64,000 bases of DNA, from contig OZ024743.1 in assembly GCA_964016885.1 (NCBI GenBank), positions 199,888,001 through 199,952,000 on the forward strand, written 5' to 3'. Shown one piece after another: positions 13,431 to 28,500 of the stretch. How positions within the stretch are numbered: the stretch's first letter is position 1; each line of letters begins with the position of its first letter. The DNA is from Eledone cirrhosa (lineage: Eukaryota). The position numbers were made by a program, and so were the translations under genes. A model generated the notes under the pieces. The model ran no database searches. It worked only from the letters and a program-made list of their open reading frames with translations, and was not told the DNA's origin.

Positions 13431-14114
13431 TAGCAGCAATAATGTTAGACCAGAACTTTGAGGGGAGAGAACAATCCTTTTTATCGAATCAGTAAATAAC
13501 TGGTACTTTCGAAACCAAACTCTCGGAGTGTTGACTAGATTGAAATTCTTAGAAAATGTAGAAAGCTCAAACAACAGAAAATAACTGTAACTACTGTCGG
13601 TTGCTATAGAAAATCGGGTAAAATACCCTTATAGGGGATAAAAATGGCGTGCAGCCACTAGGAAGAATCGAACTTCTTAACTCTATCAACCCGGAAAGAT
13701 GGAAAGCAAAGATAACCTCGGAATAGTATGAACTTAGAATATAAGGATTCAGAACAAGTCAGCAATGATGGGTAACTTAGTTGCAGGCCATTCATTTCTT
13801 GAGAGAATAGCACTACTCTTTTATATATATATACTGGTTATAATCATTTGACTAAAGTGACATAATGGCACAGTCTTTAGAACATCGAAAGAGTGCGTTG
13901 CGGTAGTCTTCCTGGGTCTCTGCATTCTGATTTCAAAACCTGCTGAGGTCAATTTTTGTCTTTCAATCATTCGAGGTTGATTATAAAAAGCACCATTTCA
14001 GTAGTGGTTTATACATGCATTCGTTTATTAGACTGTGTGATTCAATGTGACTCAGTGTGTGACAATGCTGGCCCTTCGAATCATAGGTACAACTCATTTT
14101 TTCAGAGAGAGGAA

Positions 14115-14255
14115 GGTTCCGAGAGAGGAGGGTTCCGATTGCATGCATACACTCATATACAGTCTTTTCCCTCTCCAGGAGATTTGAACACAATTATTTT
14201 CAACTATTCATTATAGTAATCGACAATTATTATACTCATTTGTATTGGGATGGCT
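14115..14255. repeat. Unclassified interspersed repeat, second copy at ~15997-16125
   Basis: GAGAGGAGGGTTCC...CACAATTATTTTCAACT...TTATTATACTCATTTGTAT.GGGAT occurs at both loci. Confidence 0.7.
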
Positions 14256-14667
14256 ATATGTCTATATATTTCTTAATATTATTTGCTATTTATACATTCT
14301 ACATGAACTAACTATACCTTGAAATAAACGTGAAATAATTTGTCTGCCCTAAACACTCAACAGGCCGCCGGGAATCGAACTCACGCCCTTACGATCGTGA
14401 GCCAAACACAAAACCGCTCAGCTACCTGCTTTCAAAAATCTTTTTAAGTAAGAATTATACATTCATACTGAAAATATATTTATCATGCCAAGAAGAAAAT
14501 ATTTCGTGTCGTTCAGATACGAGAGGTCTCACTGCAATGTACGAATTTTTAACATAAAATGGCATTTAAATAAAACGAAAACATTATATTTGCACAGACT
14601 GACCAAAATTGCACCAGTGGCAGAACTTAACATTTGAACTTTCAAACCGGCCTAAAAACTGCGATGT

Positions 14668-14759
<92 letters not shown>

Positions 14760-15557
14760 AATATATATATATGTATATATACCAATGGCGGTGCCCCAGC
14801 ATGGCCTCAGCCGGATGGCTGGGACAGGTGAAAGAGTAATATATATGTACATACATATATACACATACGCATGCATACACATATACACACATACAAATAC
14901 AAACGCATTTATAGATATACAGAGAGTGAAGGAGAGAGAGAGAAAGACAAAGAGAAGGCTAAAAAGAAACAAACAGAGAGATTGAACGAAGCACAGATAT
15001 TTCATAAAGAGAGATAGTTATCTTTTATTGGTGAAAGTGTAAGACGCTGAAATAATGTGCAAAGGAGGGTAGGCTGACAAAACGAAATAAGGAGGAAAAG
15101 ACAGAGTGAACAGCAAGAGAGAGACAGACAAAGAGAGAGGGGGGGGGGGGAGACAGACAAAGAGAGAGAGATTAAAACGAGAGAGAGAACGAGAAAGATG
15201 GAGCGATAGAGAAAGACAGATAAATATACGTTGATGGTTGATTTGAGAAGCTATCATAATTCAATGTGACACCTATAAATACTGTAGACCACCAGATGTT
15301 ACATTATTGTCTCTGTTTTAACAGATTCATCAGATGAGATGAGCCCCACCACCGTATATATCATACAACATGAGTTGCAATTTGAACCCCCGCAGAGCTA
15401 ACATAGCGCAGATTCTAGATAAGTAGAAGAATGCGTTAAAATAACTGACCATCTCTTCTAAAACTATCGAAAGCATGTTTGTCTTGTTAACTAATAACTT
15501 ATTGACATATTGAATGTCGCATAATGCAGCTTTTGCTCTCTGGGTGGCGGACAAGTT

Positions 15558-15658
<101 letters not shown>

Positions 15659-15729
15659 CATACATATATATGTGTATATATATATATATATACTGAAACA
15701 TATATACATATCTATGTTTGTATAATACA

Positions 15730-15779
<50 letters not shown>

Positions 15780-16120
15780 CATCCGGTTGACATAAGGGCC
15801 ATTGGAAATTTTTTATTATTTTAAATGTAGACTCCCCAATGAAAGTGACTACAATTATAAAGTCGATCGCAATAATTGATATTTGAAAAGATTGGACAAA
15901 AACACAGTCGAATACACACCTAGCTACAGACTTAACATATTTTAAAAGACTCCAATTCAGTAACCAGAGACTCCTTAGCATAATAGATAATACCCGGGAG
16001 AGGAGGGTTCCTATTCCACGCAGACACCAATATACAATATATTCCCTCTACAGGAAACTGAGCACAATTATTTTCAACTGTTCTTTATAGTAATCGATAA
16101 TTATTATACTCATTTGTATC

Positions 16121-16156
<36 letters not shown>

Positions 16157-16396
16157 GAAGGAAGTGTGGTAAGGAACCAGATGGACCATAACGCACCAGA
16201 GTATTCAATACGAAGGGTAGTAGAGTGGGTGAAACAGTTTCCTATATATATATATAGAGAGAGAGAGAAGTTATATTTAATTTCTTGGGATTCCAACAAA
16301 CTTAAAAGTGTATAACTGATATAAAGCACTCAACAATTTACTGGAGTAAATATTCAATAAATTAATAAATGGAAACTATATTTATAAAACCATAAT

Positions 16397-16461
16397 TATT
16401 TTATTATATATATTTCAAGGGCAACCAAGGCAGTCTTGGTGCGCTTTCATCAGATAAAATA
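16397..16461 (-). ncRNA. Type I minimal hammerhead ribozyme motif
   Basis: TATTTTAT-CTGATGA-AAGCGCACCAAG actgc CTTGGTTGCCCTT-GAAA-TATATA-TA-ATAAAATA: 8-bp stem I, full core, paired stem II. Confidence 0.85.
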
Positions 16462-17027
16462 CAAAATTTGTTTTATAAATAGTGACATAGCCGTGGAAAA
16501 CAACCTTGACGGTTGAAAATTCGCTGGATAGTGAAAACTTTTATTGAGGGTAATTCAAAGTTCTGTGTGAATATGCAAATGAATGTCCGAAAAATTGAAA
16601 AAAACAACCGTTTATTTAAATTACGCTTTGCGAAGAAGAGAGAGGAAAAAAAAGAAGAGAGAGAAAAGAAAAGAAAAGAAAAGAAAAGAAAAGAAAAGAA
16701 AAGAAAATAAAATAAAATAAAATAAAATAAAATATTAGTATATGTAGAAGTAGAGTGAAGAAATAAAGTGAAGAAAGAGCGAAGAAAGAAGCTTATCCGA
16801 GGATGATATATATACTCAGCTGTAGAAATGAATTGCGAGGTCACTGATGCCAAGCTGTATCGGCCATAACCTTTTCCTTGGACATCATCGTTGGCGTGGA
16901 GAGGGGAGGCTGGTATGCATGGTTGACTACTGGTCTTCCTAAAACAACCTTGTCTGGATTGTGCCTGGGAGGGAAACTTTCTAGGTGCAAATCACATAGT
17001 CATTTGTGAACGAAGGGGGTCTTCGAC

Positions 17028-17812
<785 letters not shown>

Positions 17813-18135
17813 CACGACGAGGATGAGAATGTAAAGAATAGGATATGGATCTGTTTAGGTGATTAAACGAACGCATGTGTGAGGTAGACATTATCGTGTA
17901 TGCACGTGTGGTAGGGTAGTATGCTAGGAATGGGAAGGGGGAGGAGGGGAGGAAAGAAAACATAAAAGAAGAAAGAAGAGAAGGAATCACATAAAGAAAC
18001 CAAAATTTGAAAAAAAAAGAAAAAAGAAAGAAAGAGAAGAACGAATTTTAAAAAAAAATTGGAAATATTTATGACGAAACTAAAAGAAAAATTAATGAAG
18101 AAATGTGATTAATAAGTAACGAATAAATGAACGAA

Positions 18136-18200
<65 letters not shown>

Positions 18201-18464
18201 AAGAAGGAAGGAAGAAAGAAGAAAGAAAGAACGAAATGAATAAATAAATAAAGAAATAAAGAAAGAAATGAAGAAAGAAAGAAAAAAAAAGAAAGGAAGA
18301 AAGAAAGCAAGAAAGGAAGAAAGAAAGAAAGGAATAAAGAAAGAAAGAAAGAAAGGAAGAAAGAACGAAAGAAAGGAAGAAAGGAATAAAAAAATTCTAG
18401 TAAGTCTTAGTAAAAATATTTTTGGTTTTTAATTATGAAAAATGTCATTATAAGAGTTGATCAC

Positions 18465-18700
18465 AGCAGTGGATTGGCAGAATCCTTTGAGTGCCAGATT
18501 AAATGCTGTGCTGTATTTTGTTCGGCTCATTACATTTTACATTCTGATATCAAATCCTGCCTAAGTCAACTTCGCTATTCATCTTTTCGGGGTCAATAAC
18601 AAAGTACCAGTCAAATATTGGGACCATTTTCATCAATTTTCTCCCTCCGCCCCCAAAATAAAGAAGAAAAATTGCTGGCCTTGTGCCTAAATTAGAAATT
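18465..18700 (+). mobile_element. tRNA-derived SINE (family 1), older copy
   Basis: TGGCAGAATC...TCAAATCC...TTTTCGGGGTCAATAACAAAGTACCAGT. Confidence 0.65.
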
Positions 18701-19418
18701 TTTGAAAAAGTTGATCACACTTGAACAAAGAAAGACTAGGGATTTTTTTTTCATTTTAGTCTTAATATGTTGTCTTACTGAGTGGACACAACATAGCCGA
18801 ATGTTTATGAGGTTTGTCTCCTGATCATGAGATACTGTGTTAGATCCCACTGTATCGTATCTTGATGAAGAGTCATTTAGGATAGCCTCTGGTCAGCCCA
18901 AGCCTTTTGAGTGAAATTTGGTTACGGGAAAATTGTTTTAAGCCCGTCGGTTGCGATGTATATGTATTTCCAAGGACCAGCTTTTCCACAAACTGACACG
19001 TTGAATCTCAGAATTAAGTGAAGGGCACACTTGCATCCTTAATGTAGTTCAGGATGATACAATTTCTGACAAGGCTAGCCGTTTAAATAACAAGTGCACC
19101 TCAATTTTACCAGCTGAAGAAAGTGGAGTGGAGTGAAGAAAAGTGAAATAAAGTGGCATGCTCAGTGACTAAACTTAGAAGCTTACGACCGTAAACCAAG
19201 CACTTTAAACACTAAACCACATGCCTTCACACAATTTGTTATTACGATGTATATTTGTCCCACATTTACTTAGTTAACGTTTACAAAGCGCAGCCGAGAT
19301 TCTAACCTCACACCATACGATGGTGAGCCGAACATCTTAACCAACTGTTTGAAATATGAAAGTTATAATAGGTAGAATTAATTTGACGCGAAATGTTGCC
19401 TCTTAGATTGAAGCTACT

Positions 19419-19496
19419 TTTCTTCTTCTTCTTCTTCTTCTTCTTCTTCTTCTTCTTCTTCTTCTTCTTCTTCTTCTTCTTCTTCTTCTTCTTCTT

Positions 19497-19527
<31 letters not shown>

Positions 19528-19816
19528 TCTTCTTCTTCTTCTTCTTCTTCTTCTTCTTCTTCTTCCTCCTCCTCCTCCTCCTCCTCCTCCTCCTCCTTCT
19601 TCTTCTTCTTCTTCTTCTTCTTCTTCTTCTTCTTCTTCTTCTTCTTCTCTTCTTCTTCTCCTCCTCCTCCTCCTCCTCCTCCTCCTCCTCCTCCTCCTTC
19701 TTCTTCTTCTTCTTCTTCTTCTTCTTCTCCTCCTCCTCCTTCTCCTCCTCCTCCTCCCCCTCCTGCCTCCTCCTCCACCCCCTCCTCCTCCTCCTCCCCC
19801 CTCCTCCTCCACCTCC
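19419..19816. repeat. (CTT)n/(CCT)n trinucleotide microsatellite
   Basis: Read directly. Confidence 0.95.
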
Positions 19817-19969
19817 TTTATCTTCACGGTATGTTTTAAATAATACTTTTCTCTCATCACCACTCTTACCTTTTTGTTTTTTTTCTTTTTCGAAAGAAAA
19901 ACATCCTTGTTTCTCGTTCTTCATCATTAATTCTATCTTGTTGTTGTCGTTGTTGTTTCTAGTCTTTAC

Positions 19970-20469
19970 TCATCACCCCCCCCCCCCCCCCTCCTCCTCC
20001 CTCCTCATAATCATCACCATCGTCATCATCACCATCATCATCATCATCATCACCACCACCATCATCAGTATCATCACCTTCATCATCATCATCATCACCA
20101 CCACCACCACCTCCATCATCATCATCATCATCATCACCGCCACCACCACCTCCATCATCATCACCGCCACCACCACCTCCATCATCACCACCACCACCAC
20201 CACCACCACCTCCATCATCATCATCATCACCGCCACCACCACCTCCCATCATCATCACCGCCACCACCACCACCACCACCACCACCCCCATCATCACCAC
20301 CCCCACCCCCATCATCATCATCGCCACCACCACTATTTCCACCTCCACCCCTACCCCCACCACCACCACCACCACCACCACCAACACCACCACCACCAGC
20401 ACCACCACCACCAGCACCACCACCACCACCAGCACCAGCACCAGCACCACCAGCACCACCACCAGCACC

Positions 20470-20500
<31 letters not shown>

Positions 20501-20535
20501 CCACCAGCACCAGCACCACCAGCACCAGCACCAGC

Positions 20536-20566
<31 letters not shown>

Positions 20567-21490
20567 CCACCACCACCACCACCACCACCACCACCACCAC
20601 CACCATTTTAGTTAGTTTTTATATTCTTTTGTTATGGTTTATCCTAATATGTCAGCCTCTCACCTTGTTCCTCTCTTATTTATCTTCCTGTCAGTTTGTC
20701 ATATTACCAGAAAACATATCTCTGTGTTAAACACTGTTTTTGTTATTGTTATTGCTATTATTAATGTTTAATTATAGTCTGTATGATGATGATGATGATG
20801 ATGATCACTACTATTAGCATTATCACCACTACCACTACTACTAACACCATCACTACCACCAACCATCACCACTACCATCATCACGACCACCACTACCAAC
20901 ACCATTACAACCACTACCGCGACTTCCAGCCATCACCTCTACCACCATCCACCACCACCACCACCACCACCATCACCACCACCATCATCACAACGACCAC
21001 CACTACCACCATTACGACTATCACCACTATCACCTCTACCACCAGCGTCAGTCACCACAGCTATCATCACAACAACCACTTACACCACCATCACCACCAC
21101 CACCACCACCACCACCACCACCATCATCATCACCACCACCATCATCATTACAATCATCGTCGTTATCACCACCACCACCACCACCACCATCTCCACCTCC
21201 ATCATCACAACCACCACTACCACCTTTACCACCACCACCACCACCACCATCAACTCCATCATCCACCATCACCATAACCTCTACCATCCACCACCACCTT
21301 CACCACCAACACCACCACCACCATCACCTCTACCACCACCATCACCATAACCTCTACCATCCACCACCACCTTCACTACCACCACCACCACCATTACCTC
21401 TACCACCACCACCACCACCACCACCATCACCTCTACCATCCACCATCACCATAACCTCTACCATCCACCACCACCTTCACCACCACCGTA
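19970..21490. repeat. (ACC)/(ATC) low-complexity trinucleotide field
   Basis: Read directly; includes a short repeated unit ACCATAACCTCTACCATCCACC at 21271-21480. Confidence 0.9.
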
Positions 21491-21586
21491 ATCATTGTCG
21501 TATGATGTTCGGTATGCTTTAACAATCTGTTTTGTTCTTTTTAAAAAATGTTCTTTATTGTTATTACTAACAACATTGTTGTTATT

Positions 21587-21624
<38 letters not shown>

Positions 21625-22520
21625 ATGTATTTGGTTCTTTTTGTTTGTTTGTGTTTGTCCTTGTACATCTTGGCATGTTTTTTAGTCGTAAGACGCTTAA
21701 GTTGTTCTTTAGAATTCCTAGATTTCTTCGTGATCTTCCTCTGCCTTTTGTTGATTGCTTCAAGGTCTGTTGAAGCCCAATTAAGAAGTTGTACACTCGT
21801 AAAAGGTGTTAATTGCAGTCATGATGTTTGGCAAGTTTTATTCCACTGCTCGTCCTTCATACCATCTCATGAATATTACTGGGTTTTTTTTTGTGTTATT
21901 TTTTTTGCGGGGGTGGGGTGTGCGTGTGTATGGGTTCTCTTATTTTTATTATTATTGTTATTATTTCTTGCTTTGTTTTGTGTTGTCTTTATTACCTCCA
22001 ACCGCAACCGCAACCCCAACTCCAACAACCCGCTTTCAACACCATCACCTTCATTATCACCATTACCACAAATTTCACAGCCATCTCTACTGCAACCGTC
22101 TTCACCATCCTCATCGTCAACATAGTCATCTTCATCATCATCATCATCATAATCATCATCATCATCATCATCATTGTCATCATCACGATCACAATCATCA
22201 TAATCAGCAGCAAGCATCATCATCATCATCACCATCATCATCATCATCGACGTCATCATCATCATCATCATCAGCCTCGTCGTCGTCATCATTAACACCA
22301 TAGACGTTTCCGTCACCATACCATCATCATCCTTATCAGCACACCCACAACAACTATCCCCTTCCCCCCACTACCACCACCAACATCATTATCCTCACAA
22401 CCTCACAATCACATCCCCACCATCATGCTCTTCATCACAGTCATCATCATCATCACTATTGTTTTCATTGTCATTGCCATAATCTTCCAAATCACCTTCA
22501 CCAACATCGTAACTATCACA

Positions 22521-25500
22521 ACTACCACAAACCCCATCACCAGCTCCACAACCAACACAAACCCCATCACCAGCTCCACAACCACCACAAACCCCATCAC
22601 CAGCTCCACAACCACCACAAACCCCATCAGCAGCCCCACAACCACCACAAACCCCATCACCAGATTCACAACCACCACAAACCCCATCAGCAGCCCCACA
22701 ACCACCACAAACCCCATCCCCAGCTCCACAACCACCACAAACCCCGTCATCAGCCCCACAACCACCATAAACCCCATCACCAGCTCCACAACCACCACAA
22801 ACCCCATCACCAGCTCCACAACCACCACAAACCCCATCACCAGCCCCACAACCACCACAAACCCCATCACCAGCTCCACAACCACCACGAACTCCATCAC
22901 CAACCCCACAACCACCACAAACCCCATCACCAGCCCCACAACCACCACAAACCCCATCACCAGCTCCACAACCACCACGAACTCCATCACCAACCCCACA
23001 ACCACCACAAACCCCATCACCAGCCCCCAAACCACCACAAACCCCATCACCAGCCCCACAACCACCACAAACCCCTTCACCAGCTCCACAACCACCACAA
23101 ACCCCATCACCAGCTCCACAACCACCACAAACCCCATCACCAGCCCCAAAACCACCACAAACCCCATCACCAGCTCCAAACCACCACAAATCCCATCCCC
23201 TGCTCCACAACCATCACAAACCCCATCACCAGCTCCACAACCACCACGAACTCCATCACCAGCCCCACAACCACCACAAACCCCATCACCAGCCCCACAA
23301 CCACCACAAACCCCATCACCAGCCCCACAACCACCATAAACCCCATCACCAGCTCCACAACCACCACGAACTCCATCACCAGCCCCACAACCACCACGAA
23401 CTCCATCACCAGCCCCACAACCACCACAAACCCCATCACCAGCCGCACAACCACCACAAACCCCATCACCAGCTCAACAACCACCACGAACTCCATCACC
23501 AGCCCCACAACCACCACAAACCCCATCACCAGCCCCACAACCACCACAAACCACATCACCAGCTCCACAACCACCACGAACTCCATCACCAACCCCACAA
23601 CCACCACAAACCCCATCACCAGCCCCACAACCACCACAAACCCCATCACCAGCTCCACAACCACCACGAACTCCATCACCAGCCCCACAACCACCACAAA
23701 CCCCATCACCAGCCCCACAACCACCACAAACCCCATCACCAGCTCCACAACCACCACGAACCCCATCACCAGCTCCACAACCACCACAAACCCCATCACC
23801 AGCCCCACAACCACCACAAACCCCATCACCAGCTCAACAACCACCACGAACTCCATCACCAACCCCACAACCACCACAAACCCCATCACCAGCCCCACAA
23901 CCACCACAAACCCCATCACCAGCCCCACAACCACCACAAACCCCATCACCAGCTCCACAACCACCACAAACCCCATCCCCAGCTCCACAACCAGCACAAA
24001 CCCCATCCCCAGCTCCACAACCACCACAAACCCCATCACCAGCCCCACAACCACCACAAGCCACATCATCAGCTCCACAACCACCACAAACCCCATCAGC
24101 AGCCCCACAACTACCACAAAACCCATCACCAGCCCCACAACCACCACAAACCCCATCACCAGCTCCACAACCACCACAAACCCCATCAGCAGCCCCACAA
24201 CCACCACAAAACCCATCACCAGCCCCACAACCACCACAAACCCCATCACCAGCTCCACAACCACCACAAAACCCATCACCAGCCCCACAACCACCACAAA
24301 CCCCATCACCAGCTCCACAACCACCACAAACCCCATCACCAGCTCCACAACCACCACAAACCCCATCAGCAGCACCACAACCACCACAAACCCCATCACC
24401 AGCTCCACAACCACCACAAACCCCATCAGCAGCCCCACAACCACCACAAACCCCATCACCAGCTCCACAACCACCACAAACCCCATCACCAGCCCCACAA
24501 CCACCACAAACCCCATCACCAGCTCCACAACCACCACAAACCCCATCAGCAGCTCCAAAACCACCACAAACCCCATCACCAGCCCCACAACCACCACAAA
24601 CCCCATCACCAGCTCCACAACCACCACAAACACCATCACCAACCCCACAACCACCACAAACCCCATCACTAGCCCCACAACTACCACAAAACCCATCACC
24701 AGCCCCACAACCACCACAAACCCCATCACCAGCTCCACAACCACCACAAACCCCATCACCAGCCCCACAACCACCACAAACCCCATCACCAGACCCACAA
24801 CCACCACAAACCCCATCACCAGCCCCACAACTACCACACAACCCATCACCAGCCCCACAACCACCACAAACCCCATCACCAGCTCCACAACCACCACAAA
24901 CCCCATCACCAGCCCCACAACCACCACAAACCCCATCACCAGCCCCACAACCACCACAAACCCCATCCCCAGCTCCACAACCACCACAAACCCCATCACC
25001 AGCTCCACAACCACCACAAACCCCATCACCAGCTCCACAAGCACCACAAACCCCATTAGCAGCCCCACAACCACCACAAACCCCATCACCAGCCCCACAA
25101 CCACCACAAACCCCATCACCAGCTCAACAACCACCACGAACTCCATCACCAACCCCACAACCACCACAAACCCCATCACCAGCTCCACAACCACCACAAA
25201 ACCCATCACCAACCCCACAACCAACACAAACCCCATCACCAGCTCCACAACCACCACAAACCACATCATGAGCTCCACAACCACCACAAAACCCATCACC
25301 AGCCCCACAACCACCACAAACCCCATCACCAGCTCCACAACCACCACAAACCCCATCAGCAGCCCCACAACCACCACAAACCCCATCACCAGCTCCACAA
25401 CCACCACAAACCCCATCACCAGCCCCACAACCACCACAAACCCCATCACCAGCTCCACAACCACCACAAACCCCATCAGCAGCTCCAAAACCACCACAAA

Positions 25501-28500
25501 CCCCATCACCAGCCCCACAACCACCACAAACCCCATCACCAGCTCCACAACCACCACAAACACCATCACCAACCCCACAACCACCACAAACCCCATCACC
25601 AGCCCCACAACTACCACAAAACCCATCACCAGCCCCACAACCACCACAAACCCCATCACCAGCTCCACAACCACCACAAACCCCATCACCAGCCCCACAA
25701 CCACCACAAACCCCATCACCAGACCCACAACCACCACAAACCCCATCACCAGCCCCACAACTACCACAAAACCCATCACCAGCCCCACAACCACCACAAA
25801 CCCCATCACCAGCTCCACAACCACCACAAACCCCATCACCAGCCCCACAACCACCACAAACCCCATCACCAGCCCCACAACCACCACAAACCCCATCCCC
25901 AGCTCCACAACCACCACAAACCCCATCACCAGCTCCACAACCACCACAAACCCCATCACCAGCTCCACAAGCACCACAAACCCCATTAGCAGCCCCACAA
26001 CCACCACAAACCCCATCACCAGCCCCACAACCACCACAAACCCCATCACCAGCTCAACAACCACCACGAACTCCATCACCAACCCCACAACCACCACAAA
26101 CCCCATCACCAGCTCCACAACCACCACAAAACCCATCACCAACCCCACAACCAACACAAACCCCATCACCAGCTCCACAACCACCACAAACCACATCATG
26201 AGCTCCACAACCACCACAAAACCCATCACCAGCCCCACAACCACCACAAACCCCATCACCAGCTCCACAACCACCACAAAACCCATCACCAGCCCCACAA
26301 CCACCACAAACCCCATCACCAGCCCCACAACCACCACAAACCCCATCACCAGCTCCACAACCACCACAAAACCCATCACCAGCCCCACAACCACCACAAA
26401 CACCATCACCAGCTCCACAACCACCACAAACCCCATCACCAGCCCCACAACCACCACAAACCCCATCACCAGCCCCACAACCACCACAAACACCATCACC
26501 AGCTCCACAACCACCACAAACCCCATCACCAGCCCCACAACCACCACAAACCCCATCACCAGCCCCACAACCACCACAAACCCCATCACCAGCCCCACAA
26601 CCACCACAAACCCCATCACCAGCCCCACAACCACCACAAAACCCATCACCAGCCCCGCAACCACCACAAACCCCATCACCAGCTCCACAACCACCACAAA
26701 CCCCATCACCAGCTCCACAACCACCACAAAACCCATCACCAGCCCCACAACCACCACAAAACCCATCACCAGCCCCACAACCACCACAAACCCCATCACC
26801 AGCCCCACAACCACCACAAACCCCATCACCAGCCCCACAACCACCACAAAACCCATCACCAGCCCCACAACCACCACAAACCCCATCACCAGCTCCACAA
26901 CCACCACAAACCCCATCACCAGCTCCACAACCACCACAAACCCCATCACCAGCCCCACAACTACCACAAAACCCATCACCAGCCCCACAACCACCACAAA
27001 CCCCATCACCAGCTTCACAACCACCACAAACCCCATCACCAGCCCCACAACCACCACAAACCCCATCACCAGCCCCACAACCACCACAAACCCCATCACC
27101 AGCTCCACAACCACCACAAAACCCATCACCAGCCCCACAACCACCACAAAACCCATCACCAGCCCCACAACCACCACAAACCCCATCACCAGCTCCACAA
27201 CCACCACAAACCCCATCACCAGCCCCACAACCACCACAAAACCCATCACCAGCCCCACAACCACCACAAACGCCATCCCCAGCTCCACAACCACCACAAA
27301 CCCCATCACCAGCTCCACAACCACCACAAAACCCATCACCAGCCCCACAACCACCACAAACCCCATCACCAGCTCCACAACCACCACAAACCCCATCACC
27401 AGCTCCACAACCACCACAAACCCCATCACCAGCTCCACAACCACCACAAACCCCATTAGCAGCCCCACAACCACCACAAACTCCATCACCAGCCCCACAA
27501 CCACCACAAACCCCATCACCAGCCCCACAACCACCACAAACCCCCTCACCAGCCCCACAACTACCACAAAACCCATCACCAGCCCCACAACCACCACAAA
27601 CCCCATCACCAGCTCCACAACCACCACAAAACCCATCACCAGCCCCACCACCACCACAAACCCCATCACCAGCTCCACAACCACCACAAACCACATCATG
27701 AGCTCCACAACCACCACAAAACCCATCACCAGCCCCACAACCACCACAAACCCCATCACCAGCTCCACAACCACCACAAAACCCATCACCAGCCCCACAA
27801 TCACCACAAACCCCATCACCAGCCCCACAACCACCACAAACCCCATCACCAGCTCCACAACCACCACAAAACCCATCACCAGCCCCACAACTACCACAAA
27901 CCCCATCACCAGCCCCACAACCACCACAAACCCCATCACCAGCCCCGCAACCACCACAAACCCCATCACCAGCCCCACAACCACCACAAACACCATCACC
28001 AGCTCCACAACCACCACAAACCCCATCCCCAGCCCCACAACCACCACAAACCCCATCACCAGCCCCACAACCACCACAAACCCCATCACCAGCCCCACAA
28101 CCACCACAAACCCCATCACCAGCTCCACAACCACCACAAAACCCATCACCAGCCCCACAACCACCACAAACCCCATCACCAGCTCCACAACCACCACAAA
28201 CCCCATCACCAGCTCCACAACCACCACAAAACCCATCACCAGCCCCACAACCACCACAAAACCTATCACCAGCCCCACAACCACCACAAACCCCATCACC
28301 AGCTCCACAACCACCACAAACCCCATCACCAGCTCCACAACCACCACAAAACCCATCACCAGCCCCACAACCACCACAAAACCCATCACCAGCCCCACAA
28401 CCACCACAAAACCCATCACCAGCCCCACAACCACCACAAAACCCATCACCAGCCCCACAACCACCACAAACCTCATCACCAGCCCCACAACCACCACAAA

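Noticed and set aside
15295-15340. Hammerhead-like CTGATGA-aTCTGTTaaAACAGA-GACA on the minus strand
   Set aside because: GAAA is mutated and no stem I pairing is found; at best a decayed copy.
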